A DNA stretch of 64,000 bases from a bacterium (GTDB lineage: Bacteria; Zhuqueibacterota; Zhuqueibacteria; Residuimicrobiales; Krinioviventaceae): positions 5,472,001 through 5,536,000 of the forward strand of contig OY843751.1 in the NCBI GenBank assembly GCA_963693055.1. The letters are read 5' to 3'. The stretch's first letter is position 1; every line of letters begins with the position of its first letter. The position numbers and the translations under genes are program-made. Positions 28,220 to 38,980 of the stretch are shown piece after piece. The notes beneath the pieces were generated by a model, which was given only the letters and a program-made list of their open reading frames with translations, did no database searches and had not been told where the DNA came from.

Positions 28220-30712
28220 TTATTTTTCTACTGTTTCAGTTTTGGTAAATTCATCAGGATCAACACTGTTTTCATTATCCACATGTGTGAATTCCAGTCC
28301 ATCACCTTTTTTCTTAACATGGATATGGCTGCCATCTACAAAGACACCCTTTAACATTTCTTCCGCTATAGGATCTTCTATGTGTTTCTGTATCGTTCTC
28401 TTTAATGGCCGCGCACCATAGACAGGATCAAATGCAAGTTGTGCCAGATACTCTTTGGCACCCTTGGTGAGATCAATGCGAATATTACGGTCTCTAACCT
28501 TGTCCAACATTTCCTCAATAACGATATCAATAATAACAAGCATATCATCAAGTCCAAGCTGGCGGAACACAACAAGTTCATCAACACGGTTCAAAAATTC
28601 AGGATTAAAAACATTTTTTACTTCTTCAATAATGCGAGATCGCATAGTTTCATAGTTCGTGTCTGCATCATCTTTGGAGAAACCAAAGCCGCCACCCTTG
28701 GTAACCTTGCGCGCTCCAATATTACTGGTCAAGATTAAAACAGTATTTTTGAAATCAATCTTGCGGCCCAATCCGTCAGTTATATGGCCTTCGTCCAGAA
28801 TTTGAAGCAAAATATTAAACACATCCGGATGTGCTTTTTCAATCTCATCAAACAGGATGACAGAATAAGGATGTCTGCGAACGCGCTCAGTTAACTGGCC
28901 GCCTTCTTCAAAACCCACATATCCCGGAGGAGCTCCTGTCAAACGAGATACTGAAAATTTCTCCATAAATTCTGACATATCAATACGGATCAATGAATCT
29001 TCTGATTCAAACAAATACTTGGCAACTTCTTTTGCCAGATAGGTTTTACCTACACCGGTAGGGCCTAAAAAGATAAATGACCCAATAGGACGATTAGGAT
29101 CTTTTAATCCGGCTCGTGTACGCTGAATAGCCTTGCTAATAATCTCTATTACATTATCCTGGCCAACAATCCGGTTTTTCAACTCGGAAGGCATTCTGAG
29201 CAATTTTTCAGATTCGGACTGTGCTACGCGGGTAACCGGAATACCCGTTATCATAGAGATAACATCGGTTACATCTTCCAAATCTACATCGGCATAGGTG
29301 CCGTCTTGTTCTTCATTCCAGCGTTGCTTGGTATCTTCAAGTCTTTCAATCAAAGATTTTTCACTATCACGAAGTTCGGCTGCTTTTTCAAAATTCTGAG
29401 AACGAACGACATGTTCCTTCTCACTGCGAACTTTTTTAATTTCTTCTTCAAGCTCGGTTATTTCCTTGGGCACAACAATATTTGCCAGGTGCACCCGCGC
29501 GCCGGTTTCATCCATCACATCAATTGACTTGTCCGGTTGAAAACGATCAGAAATATACCGGTCTGACATATAAACAATATTTTTTACTACATCGTCACTG
29601 TAATTTACACGATGATGCGCCTCATAGCGGGACTTTAAGCCCTGAACAATTGCCAAAGTCTCTTCAAGAGACGGTGGATCAACCATAACTTTTTGGAAAC
29701 GACGTTCAAGCGCACCGTCTTTTTCAATAAACTGCCTGTATTCGTCCAATGTGGTTGCACCAATACACTGCAGCTCTCCACGTGACAGAGCAGGTTTAAA
29801 CATATTTGATGCATCCAGAGATCCTGATGCACCACCTGCACCTACTATGGTATGCAATTCGTCAATGAATAATATAATATCTTTCATCTTGGCCAATTCA
29901 TTCATAATAGCTTTCATACGTTCTTCAAATTGACCTCTATATTTGGTTCCGGCCACAATTGAGCCTAGATCTAAAGTTACTACACGTTTACTGTGTAAAA
30001 TTCTCGGTACTTTTTTATCAACAATTCGCAATGCCAGGCCTTCAGCAATAGCTGTTTTACCTACACCCGGTTCGCCAATCAATACAGGATTATTCTTTTT
30101 GCGTCTGCTCAAAATTTGGGCCACGCGCTGTATTTCGTTTTCACGACCGATTATAGGATCAAGCTCGCCTTTACGGGCAAGTTCAGTTAAATCCCTGCCG
30201 AAATGGTCAAGCGCTGGCGTTTGGGACTTTGATTGTCCCTGCGGATCTGTTGAATCAGGTTGTACATTTTCAGACCCTTGCATAACACGCTCCAATTCTT
30301 CAGATGCATTTTCATAAGTAACACCAAAACTCTTTAATATCTGAGCGGCAAGTCCATCTTTTTCCTTAACCAGCGCTAATAGTAAATGCTCTGTTCCAAT
30401 AATATCCGATTTATGTCTATCTGCTTCTACATAAGCGCTTTTTAATATCTTTTCAGCCCGTTTGGTAAAGGGAATGTTGCCAATGGTCATGGTGTCACCC
30501 GATGCTCTACCAGCATCTTCAATTGCTCGTTTCACCTCATCCAAATCACAGCCCAATGCCGCCAGTATCTCTATCGCTATGCCTTCACCTTCACGTATTA
30601 GTCCCAACAACAAATGTTCTGTACCAATATAATCATGTCCCAGACGTAAAGCTTCATCACGTGCAAACTGTATGACCATCTGTACTCGACTAGAAAAGTT
30701 GTTTTTCATCAT
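28220..30712 (-). CDS. clpC: ATP-dependent Clp protease ATP-binding subunit ClpC
   Basis: Clp_N repeats (GTEHLLL twice), GEPGVGKT, UVR coiled coil, GPTGVGKT, ClpP-docking GFGF and YGARPL. Confidence 0.96.
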   Translation of the reverse strand: MMKNNFSSRVQMVIQFARDEALRLGHDYIGTEHLLLGLIREGEGIAIEILAALGCDLDEVKRAIEDAGRASGDTMTIGNIPFTKRAEKILKSAYVEADRHKSDIIGTEHLLLALVKEKDGLAAQILKSFGVTYENASEELERVMQGSENVQPDSTDPQGQSKSQTPALDHFGRDLTELARKGELDPIIGRENEIQRVAQILSRRKKNNPVLIGEPGVGKTAIAEGLALRIVDKKVPRILHSKRVVTLDLGSIVAGTKYRGQFEERMKAIMNELAKMKDIILFIDELHTIVGAGGASGSLDASNMFKPALSRGELQCIGATTLDEYRQFIEKDGALERRFQKVMVDPPSLEETLAIVQGLKSRYEAHHRVNYSDDVVKNIVYMSDRYISDRFQPDKSIDVMDETGARVHLANIVVPKEITELEEEIKKVRSEKEHVVRSQNFEKAAELRDSEKSLIERLEDTKQRWNEEQDGTYADVDLEDVTDVISMITGIPVTRVAQSESEKLLRMPSELKNRIVGQDNVIEIISKAIQRTRAGLKDPNRPIGSFIFLGPTGVGKTYLAKEVAKYLFESEDSLIRIDMSEFMEKFSVSRLTGAPPGYVGFEEGGQLTERVRRHPYSVILFDEIEKAHPDVFNILLQILDEGHITDGLGRKIDFKNTVLILTSNIGARKVTKGGGFGFSKDDADTNYETMRSRIIEEVKNVFNPEFLNRVDELVVFRQLGLDDMLVIIDIVIEEMLDKVRDRNIRIDLTKGAKEYLAQLAFDPVYGARPLKRTIQKHIEDPIAEEMLKGVFVDGSHIHVKKKGDGLEFTHVDNENSVDPDEFTKTETVEK

Positions 30713-30951
30713 TCACTCCCGCGGTGTTGCAACATTCAAAGTATTTCTCAGCTCACTCTACTTGAATAACACCAGTTTATTCTTAAAAGATTCCAACAAT
30801 TTCATCTAAAGCAAAATTCTTTTGCTTTTTCCTGCTGAATAATTCATCAGGACTCTACTAAACATTACTACAGTGATATTTAGTCCCAAAATACTCTATA
30901 CAGAATATTTTGCATTCTATTTTTATTACAATTTTTATGCCAAACAAACAC

Positions 30952-31641
30952 CTAGCCGGGTTTGAGATTGTTTTTTATTTTACCATCATACAGTTCAATT
31001 ATCCGGTCAGCCTTATCAGCAAGCTCCAGGTTATGTGTAACAATAACAAGGGTTTGCTTGAATTGCCGGCTAATGGACCATAAAAGCTCATGAAGTGAAT
31101 CTGCGGTCTTGTGATCCAGGTTACCGGAAGGTTCATCGGCAAGCAACAATCTTGGCTCATTCATGAGCGCGCGTGCCACAGCAATACGCTGTTGTTCACC
31201 ACCGGACAATTCATTGGGCTTGTGGTCCGCACGGTCAAGCACACCAACCTTTTCGAGCAGCTCAGAACTGCGTCGTTCCAAATCTTTGGGCACTCCGCGG
31301 GCGATCATCCCCGGCATCATAATGTTTTCACGTGCGGTAAATTCAGGCAACAAGTGGTGGGCCTGAAACACAAAACCAATAGTCTTGTTGCGCAATTGCG
31401 CAAGCTGCGAATCGCTGTAACGGGTCAATTCCTTTTCATCAATCCATACCTGACCACGTGTGGGACGGTCAAGGGCACCAACAATTTGCAGCAAGGTACT
31501 TTTCCCTACTCCTGATGGACCAATAACCGCAATGATCTCGCCTTCTTCCACCTCAAGGTCAACGCCGTTCAACACATCTACCTGGGTGTGGCTTCCAGGA
31601 TTATAAGTTTTATATACATCTAACAGTTTCAATACTGACAT
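30952..31641 (-). CDS. lolD: Lipoprotein-releasing ABC transporter ATPase
   Basis: GPSGVGKST, LSGGEQQR and ADEPSGNLD; follows a lolC/E-type permease. Confidence 0.9.
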   Translation of the reverse strand: MSVLKLLDVYKTYNPGSHTQVDVLNGVDLEVEEGEIIAVIGPSGVGKSTLLQIVGALDRPTRGQVWIDEKELTRYSDSQLAQLRNKTIGFVFQAHHLLPEFTARENIMMPGMIARGVPKDLERRSSELLEKVGVLDRADHKPNELSGGEQQRIAVARALMNEPRLLLADEPSGNLDHKTADSLHELLWSISRQFKQTLVIVTHNLELADKADRIIELYDGKIKNNLKPG

Positions 31642-31651
31642 GATTTACTTT

Positions 31652-32911
31652 CTATTCATAGCGTATACTTTCTACAGGGTCATGTTTTGCAGCTTTGACC
31701 GCAGGATATATTGCCGCAATATAGGTAATTAAAACAGACGCGGCAGAGATCATGATAAAATCCTGCCATTTCATCAAAATGGGCAGCCAGTTGATAAAAT
31801 AAACATCACCCGGCAGTGCCAGAAATTTATATGTATATTGCAGCCAGCACAAGCCATACCCAAAAACATTACCCAGAATGGTCCCTAAAATTCCTACAAA
31901 TAAACCTTCATAGGTAAAAATGCGCCTAATGCCCAGGTTGGTTGCCCCCATAGATTTCAAAATACCAATATCCCGTATTTTTTCCATGGTAACCATAATC
32001 ATAGTGCTAACGATATTAAACGCAGCCACCATAATAATTAAACTCAGGATTAAAAAAGCAGCCCAGCGCTCAATCTCCATCCATCGGAACAGATTCTGGT
32101 TCAAATCAAACCATGTTTCCGCACGGTAAGGATAACCCAGCTTGTCCCTGACCGTGTCTGCAACGGCTTTGGCGTGCATATAATTATCGAGTTTTACTTC
32201 AATGCCAGATACTTTGGTACCCATATTGAACAATTGCTGCGCCGATTCGATCGAGATAAAAGCCATATTGTTATCAATCTCGTATAGACCACTTTCAAAA
32301 TAACCTGCTACACGAAACTGTTTCATCCGCGGCATCTGCATAAAATTTTTCATACCTGAAAAACTCGCAGCCGACACCTTGTCACCAATGGATACTGCCA
32401 TCCTGTCGGCAACAGAAAGCCCCAGCAAAATACCCGGCAAGGGTCGCTGGTCTTCATCACTTTCAGGGGCGGCGACCTCATCCAATTTCAATTCACCATA
32501 TATCACATTATCCAATATGGATGAGACCTTGACCGCGGTTTCGGTTTCAATTCCTCTGAAAATAACCGCTGTATTTTCGTGCTTGGACATTAGCAAACCC
32601 CGGCCATCAATATAAGGAGACATGGCCTTGATCTGCGGAACATCTTTGAGTATATGCTCAACAGCTGTATAGGTTTCCATTCCATCATGCTCAATTGTAC
32701 GAAAGGTTCGCACCTTGAGATGTGTATTGATCCCAATCAATCGGGAACGCACTTCGGATTCAAAACCGTTCATAACAGAAAGTACAATAATTAGCGCTGC
32801 TACACCAATGGTTACGCCACCTACGGAAATCAGGGTAATTAATGATATAAACCCTTCTTTCCGCTTGGATTTCAGGTAACGATACGCTACAAATAATTCA
32901 AAAGGCATCAT
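31652..32911 (-). CDS. lolC: Lipoprotein-releasing ABC transporter permease LolC/E
   Basis: A.RYL, LIIVLSVMNGF, VAAFNIVS, IGILKSMGA and YPA.KAA..DP...RYE motifs. Confidence 0.9.
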   Translation of the reverse strand: MMPFELFVAYRYLKSKRKEGFISLITLISVGGVTIGVAALIIVLSVMNGFESEVRSRLIGINTHLKVRTFRTIEHDGMETYTAVEHILKDVPQIKAMSPYIDGRGLLMSKHENTAVIFRGIETETAVKVSSILDNVIYGELKLDEVAAPESDEDQRPLPGILLGLSVADRMAVSIGDKVSAASFSGMKNFMQMPRMKQFRVAGYFESGLYEIDNNMAFISIESAQQLFNMGTKVSGIEVKLDNYMHAKAVADTVRDKLGYPYRAETWFDLNQNLFRWMEIERWAAFLILSLIIMVAAFNIVSTMIMVTMEKIRDIGILKSMGATNLGIRRIFTYEGLFVGILGTILGNVFGYGLCWLQYTYKFLALPGDVYFINWLPILMKWQDFIMISAASVLITYIAAIYPAVKAAKHDPVESIRYE

Positions 32912-32913
32912 TT

Positions 32914-34419
32914 TTATTTTTCCGGTCTCATCGTTGGGAAAAGGATCACATCTCGTATTGAAGCAGAATCTGTCAAAAGCATTACCAAACGATCAATTCC
33001 CATACCCAGCCCTGCTGTTGGCGGCATGCCATATTCCAAAGCGCGCAGAAAATCATCATCAAGCATTTGCGCTTCATCATCACCGGCTTCCAGCAAACGG
33101 ACCTGCTCTTCAAAACGCTGGCGCTGATCAATAGGATCATTCAATTCGGAAAACGAATTTCCAATTTCACGTCCCGCCACAAAAGGCTCAAAACGTTCAA
33201 CCAGCTTGGGATCATCACGGTGACGTTTTGCCAATGGCGACAACTCTACAGGATAATCCATTATAAATGTAGGCTGTATCAGGTGTTCTTCTACCTTTTC
33301 ACCAAAAATTTCATCCAAAATCTTGCCGCTTCCCCAAAAATCTTCAACTTCAACATGTAACTCTTTAGCAACTGCTTTTAATTCTTCAGTAGTCTTGCCG
33401 TATAAATCTTTACCTGTGTACTGTTTTATAGCCTCAAACAATGGCAAACGTTTCCAGGGTGGTGTCAGATCAATTTCCTGTCCCTGATACGTAATTTTAC
33501 AAGTACCCAGTACCTTTTTCGCAATGGTGGTAACCATATCTTCCACCAGATCCATCATGTAATTATAGTCTTCATAGGCAACATATAACTCCATCATGGT
33601 AAACTCGGGATTATGGGTACGGTCAATACCTTCATTACGAAAATCTTTGCTGATCTCGTAAACACCATCGTAGCCACCCACAATCAAACGTTTCAGGTAC
33701 AACTCGTCTGCAATACGCATGAACAATTTCATGTCCAATGCATTGTGGTGTGTGGTAAAAGGACGCGCGGTAGCGCCACCGTAAATAGGCTGCAATACCG
33801 GAGTTTCTACTTCTAGGAAACCTTTGTTGTCCAGATATTCACGCATGGCTGAAATAATGCGGGAACGTTTTATAAATACATCGCTCACCTCGCGATTCAC
33901 TACCAAATCTACATAACGCTGACGGTATCTTGCTTCGGTATCTGAAAAAGCGTCAAAAGTTACTTTTTTGCCATCTTCTTCTTTTTCTTTAACCACCGGC
34001 AAGGGACGCAGATTTTTGGTCAACAACTCAAAGTAGCTGACCTTGATGGTGATTTCACCGGTTTTAGTTTTTACCACGGTACCTTTAACACCTACAATAT
34101 CACCAATATCAGTTAATTTAAAGGCCGCGTATGCCTCTTCACCCACATCATCCAGACGAACATAGATCTGAATCCGTTCGGTACTATCCATTATGTGTGA
34201 AAAGGCTGCTTTTCCCATACGACGCAAAGACATCATGCGTCCCGCCAATGAGACCTCTTTTTCTTCATACTTTTCATAATTGTCAAGTATCTCTTTGGCG
34301 AAATGCTCCCGTTCAAATTTATACGTAAAAGGGTTAACTTTTAATTCTTTTAATTGTTCCAGTTTTTCCAGGCGGGCCTTCATTACCTGGTTTAAATCCT
34401 GTAATTGTTCTTCACTCAT
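32914..34419 (-). CDS. lysS: Lysine--tRNA ligase (class II)
   Basis: [24 protein letters not shown] and [15 protein letters not shown] motifs. Confidence 0.98.
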   Translation of the reverse strand: MSEEQLQDLNQVMKARLEKLEQLKELKVNPFTYKFEREHFAKEILDNYEKYEEKEVSLAGRMMSLRRMGKAAFSHIMDSTERIQIYVRLDDVGEEAYAAFKLTDIGDIVGVKGTVVKTKTGEITIKVSYFELLTKNLRPLPVVKEKEEDGKKVTFDAFSDTEARYRQRYVDLVVNREVSDVFIKRSRIISAMREYLDNKGFLEVETPVLQPIYGGATARPFTTHHNALDMKLFMRIADELYLKRLIVGGYDGVYEISKDFRNEGIDRTHNPEFTMMELYVAYEDYNYMMDLVEDMVTTIAKKVLGTCKITYQGQEIDLTPPWKRLPLFEAIKQYTGKDLYGKTTEELKAVAKELHVEVEDFWGSGKILDEIFGEKVEEHLIQPTFIMDYPVELSPLAKRHRDDPKLVERFEPFVAGREIGNSFSELNDPIDQRQRFEEQVRLLEAGDDEAQMLDDDFLRALEYGMPPTAGLGMGIDRLVMLLTDSASIRDVILFPTMRPEK

Positions 34420-35537
34420 AGTTCCTCACTATTTATATAGATTCGCTGTACTCTGTTAGAAACCCAGCAGATCACTTCATAGGGTATTGTATTTATTTTT
34501 TCACAAATGGATTCTACAGTTATTTTATTATTTTTTTGGTTACCAAATAAAACGACTTCATCACCTTCCTGTACCGAGGTATCATCACCCAAATCAACCA
34601 TAATCATATCCATGGTTACACGTCCAATCACCGGAAATTGTTTTCCTTGAATCAGCACCTCACCGCAATTGGATAATAAACGGTTGTACCCGTCTTCGTA
34701 TCCAACAGGCAATGTGGCTACACGGGTATCTCGGTCGGCAATATAGATCCTGTCATAACTTACACTTTCACCTTTGGCAAGCTCTTTTGTGTAAAGCACT
34801 CTGGTTTTAAACTCCATTACCGGTTTAATCTGAACGCTTTCACTTGTATGGGCAGCCGGATAATGGCCATACATCAAAATACCGGGACGCACCATATCAA
34901 AATAGGTCTCTGGCAGATCCAATATTGCGCCACTGTTTGCGGCATGTGCCAAAGGAATCATTATGCCCGCGGCTTTAACATCATCGAGTATTTGTTTAAA
35001 CCGTTCTGCCTGTAGCAGCGCATAACTTTTATCTATATGATCGGATGTTGCAAAATGGGTATAGACTCCCTGTAAATTGAGCACGCTGTCACGATAAATT
35101 TCACGGATGAACGCTTCAGCTTTTTGCCAATGAATACCCATTCTACCCATGCCGGTATCAATTTTGACATGAATTCTTGGATTTTTTTTACATGAGCGGG
35201 CAGATGCTTTAACCCGCTCTAATCCCTCATGATCATATAATGTTATATCCAGATCGTATTCCAAATACAGATCCGTCTGATTCAACCCGGAACTACTCAA
35301 TACCAATATAGGGGCCTGAATTCCGGCATTTCTCAGTGCAATACCTTCTTCAATACAAGCTACACCCAGGTAATCTGCTCCGTTTTCCAGTACGGTTTTA
35401 CTGACCTCAACAGCACCATGACCATAAGCATTCGCCTTTACAACAGCCAAAACCTTTGCGGGGGCAACTTTATCCCGAATAGCTTGTACGTTATGCTTGA
35501 GGGCAGAAAGGTCTATTTCAACGGCTGTGGGTCTCAA
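34416..35537 (-). CDS. alr: Alanine racemase
   Basis: [11 protein letters not shown] (PLP Lys), [18 protein letters not shown] and GRVTMD. Confidence 0.97.
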   Translation of the reverse strand: MRPTAVEIDLSALKHNVQAIRDKVAPAKVLAVVKANAYGHGAVEVSKTVLENGADYLGVACIEEGIALRNAGIQAPILVLSSSGLNQTDLYLEYDLDITLYDHEGLERVKASARSCKKNPRIHVKIDTGMGRMGIHWQKAEAFIREIYRDSVLNLQGVYTHFATSDHIDKSYALLQAERFKQILDDVKAAGIMIPLAHAANSGAILDLPETYFDMVRPGILMYGHYPAAHTSESVQIKPVMEFKTRVLYTKELAKGESVSYDRIYIADRDTRVATLPVGYEDGYNRLLSNCGEVLIQGKQFPVIGRVTMDMIMVDLGDDTSVQEGDEVVLFGNQKNNKITVESICEKINTIPYEVICWVSNRVQRIYINSEEL

Positions 35538-35553
35538 TTTGTTCTCCGGTGTA

Positions 35554-36661
35554 TTACTGTTTTTTGGAATTACCTTGCATTAAAAAGGATTCTATAAATC
35601 CGTCAATATCACCATCCATTACCGCGGTAATGTTGCTGGTTTCAAAACTTGTTCTATGGTCTTTAACCATATTATACGGATGAAAAACATAAGACCGGAT
35701 CTGGCTACCCCAGCCGATCTCTTGTTTTGTATTTTCAAGCTCTGCCATTTTCGCTTTTTCTTCTTCAAGCTTTTTCTGATACAATTTAGACATGAGCATT
35801 TTCATAGCAGCGTCTTTATTACGGTGTTGCGAACGCTCATTCTGACACTGAACAACAATATTGGTCGGGATGTGCGTAATACGGATCGCCGAACTGGTCT
35901 TGTTTACATGCTGACCACCGGCCCCGCTTGCCCGATACGTATCAATTCTCAGGTCTTTTTCATCTATATCAATTTCAATATCATTATCTACTTCCGGGTA
36001 AACAAACACAGACGCAAAGGATGTATGGCGTCTGCTGTTGGCATCAAAAGGAGAAATTCTTACCAAACGGTGCACACCAGCTTCGGCTTTTAAATAACCA
36101 TATACATAGCTGCCTACAACTTCAAATGAAACGCCTTTAATTCCGGCTTCGTCACCAGATTGAAAGTCAAGTGTATCGTATTTGAATCCTCTACGTTCAA
36201 ACCAGCGGGTATACATGCGCATTAGCATTTGCGCCCAATCCTGAGATTCTGTACCTCCGGCCCCGGGGTGTATCGTCACAATCGCATTTTTTGAATCTTC
36301 AGGTTTTCCCAACATTCTACGGAATTCAAGAGCAGATAGGTCTTTTTCGAGTTGTTTCAAATCAGATTGGAGCTCTTTACCAATCTCTTCATCATTTTCT
36401 TCCTGGGCAAGAACAGTCAGTTCTTCAATCTCATTACATTTATCATCAATCTTTTGCCAGGTTTCAACCCATTCACGTCGGCCGCTGATTTCCCGCATAA
36501 CCTGCTGTGCGCTTTCGTTATCATTCCAAAAGCTGGTTTCCTGGGTTTGTTTTTCCAATTCAGCTATCTCATTCTCTTTGGTTTCTATGTCAAAGAAACC
36601 TCCTGAGAGCCTGGGTTCTGTCTTTATAATCTTTAATACTTGATAAAATCTCATCAAACAT
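35554..36661 (-). CDS. prfB: Peptide chain release factor 2, translated via programmed +1 frameshift
   Basis: ATG 36661 gives MFDEILSSIKDYKDRTQALRRFL, then AGGAGG-TTT-CTT-TGA-C. The +1 frame contains SPF and GAGGQ. Confidence 0.97.
36589..36604 (-). other. prfB programmed +1 ribosomal frameshift site with internal Shine-Dalgarno
   Basis: AGGAGG TTT CTT TGA C on the minus strand. Confidence 0.95.
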
Positions 36662-36700
36662 AGTACGTCCTAATTGTTTGGTATCATAAACTAAACTAAC

Positions 36701-36729
36701 AATTTACGACATTTCAAAACAAGAGTCAA
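36701..36729 (-). promoter_or_regulatory. sigma70-type promoter for prfB-alr-lysS-lolC/E-lolD
   Basis: TTGACT-N17-TAAATT about 40 bp upstream of the prfB ATG. Confidence 0.6.
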
Positions 36730-36771
36730 CACCTGTTATTCGAGACAAGGACGGTAACTGTGGAAAGAGGA

Positions 36772-36906
36772 TTACTTGCTTTTTTCCCGTACTAGTTCCA
36801 ATTCTTTACGTGCTTTTGAAATTTTAATGGCTATAGTTAACAGGTAGACAAACAAACCTGTCCAGATAAATGCATATGCGATAAATAAATATAGTAAATT
36901 GTTCAT
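36772..36906 (-). CDS. ccmD: Heme exporter protein CcmD (44 aa, absent from the ORF track)
   Basis: MNNLLYLFIAYAFIWTGLFVYLLTIAIKISKARKELELVREKSK: a TM helix with AY...W and a basic tail, directly after ccmC. Confidence 0.85.
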   Translation of the reverse strand: MNNLLYLFIAYAFIWTGLFVYLLTIAIKISKARKELELVREKSK

Positions 36907-36920
36907 TTCTCTATATATCC

Positions 36921-37616
36921 TTAAAATTGTTGTTTAATCAAGTTAACATCCTGTTCAAGGTAAATGGATTTCAATCTTAACCGTAACAGGGTTATGAACA
37001 GAATTGTAAACGCACCAACAGAGACCAACAGCGTTGCCAGCATCTGTGGTGCCAACCCACTTCCACTACCACCGGCTATAACAGCACCCGGATGTAATGT
37101 GCGCCACCAGCGAATGGACATGTATACGATGGGTACATCCACAAAACCAATTATGCCGAAAACTGCAGCAAACCTTGCACCTCTTTCATTGTCCGCAGTA
37201 AACTGTCTTATCATCAAATACGCGATATAGATCAACCATAAAACAAATGAGGTGGTCAATCGGGCATCCCAGCTCCAGTATGTATTCCATACCGGCTTTG
37301 CCCACATGGGCCCGGTAAGCAAGACTAACGTTATAAACAAAACTCCAATTTCTGCGGAAGCCAATGCCATCTTGTCCCATTTTTCATTTCCACTCTTTAA
37401 AAATGCTATGCCGGCAATACATACAATAAAAAATGCCAAAAAAGAAGCCCATGCCGAGGGCACATGGAAATAAAAAATACGCTGCACATCACCCATAGTC
37501 CGCTCTGTGGGGGCATATAAAAAAGCCATATACAAAGCGACCATTACAGCAACATAAGACAACGTGATCAAAACCAAATCCACAATCAATGATTTTTGCT
37601 TCATAACCTGCCTCAT
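36921..37616 (-). CDS. ccmC: Heme exporter/cytochrome c biogenesis protein CcmC
   Basis: IFYFHVP, WWD domain WAKPVWNTYWSWDARLT, and WWRTLHP. Confidence 0.95.
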   Translation of the reverse strand: MRQVMKQKSLIVDLVLITLSYVAVMVALYMAFLYAPTERTMGDVQRIFYFHVPSAWASFLAFFIVCIAGIAFLKSGNEKWDKMALASAEIGVLFITLVLLTGPMWAKPVWNTYWSWDARLTTSFVLWLIYIAYLMIRQFTADNERGARFAAVFGIIGFVDVPIVYMSIRWWRTLHPGAVIAGGSGSGLAPQMLATLLVSVGAFTILFITLLRLRLKSIYLEQDVNLIKQQF

Positions 37617-38290
37617 TCCTCTATAACATATTCATACAATAAATAACAGACAACAAAAAAAATCACATCAAACCCGATCAAGAGACGCATCCAAGGGTAT
37701 ACCTTTGAGAGAGGTTCAGCGCTTAATAAATATTGTGTACTTTTTATAGCACCCAGAATTACAGGAACTGTAACCGGCAACAATAAAATTGGCAGCATTA
37801 TTTCACGAGATTTTGTATTGGCCGCAATTGCAGAAAACAATGTTCCAACAGAGGCAAATCCAAGAATACCCAGAAACAGCACCAAAAGCAGCAACCCAAA
37901 AGTTCCGGTAACCGGCAGATCATACAAGACAATCATAACCGGCAGCATAATCACCTGCACAGCAGAGATAAATATAACATTTGCCAGCATCTTGGACAGA
38001 AAAATAGCGCTTCTATCCATGGGCGTTAACAAAATACCCTGCATATTACCGGCTTCCTGTTCTTTTACAAATGTTCTGTTCAACCCCAAATTTGATGAAA
38101 AAATAATTGCCACCCACAAAATACCAGGTGCGGTTTTTTGCATTATATCCGTTCCGGGATCAAAAATAAAATTAAAGATCACCAGCACGGTAATAGCAAA
38201 TACAACCATAGACCAGATAACTTCGCGGCTTCGTAGCTCTATGAGCACATCTTTATATACCAGGGCACCAATATGTTTCAGTGTATTCAT
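37613..38290 (-). CDS. ccmB: Heme exporter permease CcmB
   Basis: KD...E.R, PGILW, F..E...G and LPILLLP..VP motifs. Confidence 0.93.
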   Translation of the reverse strand: MNTLKHIGALVYKDVLIELRSREVIWSMVVFAITVLVIFNFIFDPGTDIMQKTAPGILWVAIIFSSNLGLNRTFVKEQEAGNMQGILLTPMDRSAIFLSKMLANVIFISAVQVIMLPVMIVLYDLPVTGTFGLLLLVLFLGILGFASVGTLFSAIAANTKSREIMLPILLLPVTVPVILGAIKSTQYLLSAEPLSKVYPWMRLLIGFDVIFFVVCYLLYEYVIEE

Positions 38291-38296
38291 TTCAGA

Positions 38297-38980
38297 TCAT
38301 CCAAATGCTGCTACCAGCTCGTCACGAGAAAGGTTTTGGGTTTCAGTATCTTTTACAAGCTTGCCTTGTTTAATCAAGAGCAAGCGTTTGCAATGGGTTA
38401 TAGCAAAATCCAGATCATGTGTAGTCATTAAAATAGTAGTACCTTTAGCATGCAAACCATTCAACAAATCGGTAAGGTTTTGCGAAGATTTAAAATCCAA
38501 TCCGCTAAAGGGTTCATCCAAAAGCAGCAGGTCTGGTTCATGCAAAAGCGCTCTTGCAAGTGCAAGACGTTGCTGCATTCCGCGCGAAAATGTACGAACA
38601 AGGTCATACCTTCGAACAGACAGATCTACCTGTTCGAGCACAGATAGCACCCGCTCTTGCAGGTTTTCCAGATTGTTTAATTTACCATAAAATTTTAAAT
38701 TCTCTTCTGCGGTAAGATCTCCATATAAAAAGGGATCATGGCTCACAACGCCCATTTGTCGGCGAACCTGTTCTGCCTGTTTGGGCAGGTTGAATCCATT
38801 TATACTGACCTCACCAGATGTAGGTCGTGACAATGAGGCAATAATACGCAACAAGGTAGTTTTACCGGCACCATTCTGTCCCAGTAGTGCGGTATACTCT
38901 CCCTCCCGGATGTTAAAATCAATCCCCCGAAGGACTTGTAACGCAGCAAATGATTTATGTACATTGTGCACGCGTATCAT
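38297..38980 (-). CDS. ccmA: Heme ABC exporter ATPase CcmA
   Basis: GQNGAGKTT, FSRGMQQR and LLLDEPFSGLD; adjacent to ccmB. Confidence 0.93.
   Translation of the reverse strand: MIRVHNVHKSFAALQVLRGIDFNIREGEYTALLGQNGAGKTTLLRIIASLSRPTSGEVSINGFNLPKQAEQVRRQMGVVSHDPFLYGDLTAEENLKFYGKLNNLENLQERVLSVLEQVDLSVRRYDLVRTFSRGMQQRLALARALLHEPDLLLLDEPFSGLDFKSSQNLTDLLNGLHAKGTTILMTTHDLDFAITHCKRLLLIKQGKLVKDTETQNLSRDELVAAFG

Noticed and set aside
35554-36661. prfB as a pseudogene or sequencing frameshift
   Set aside because: The in-frame TGA sits in the canonical programmed frameshift context.
37818-38690. 290-aa plus-strand ORF
   Set aside because: Antisense to ccmA/ccmB with a Ser/Ile-rich shadow composition.
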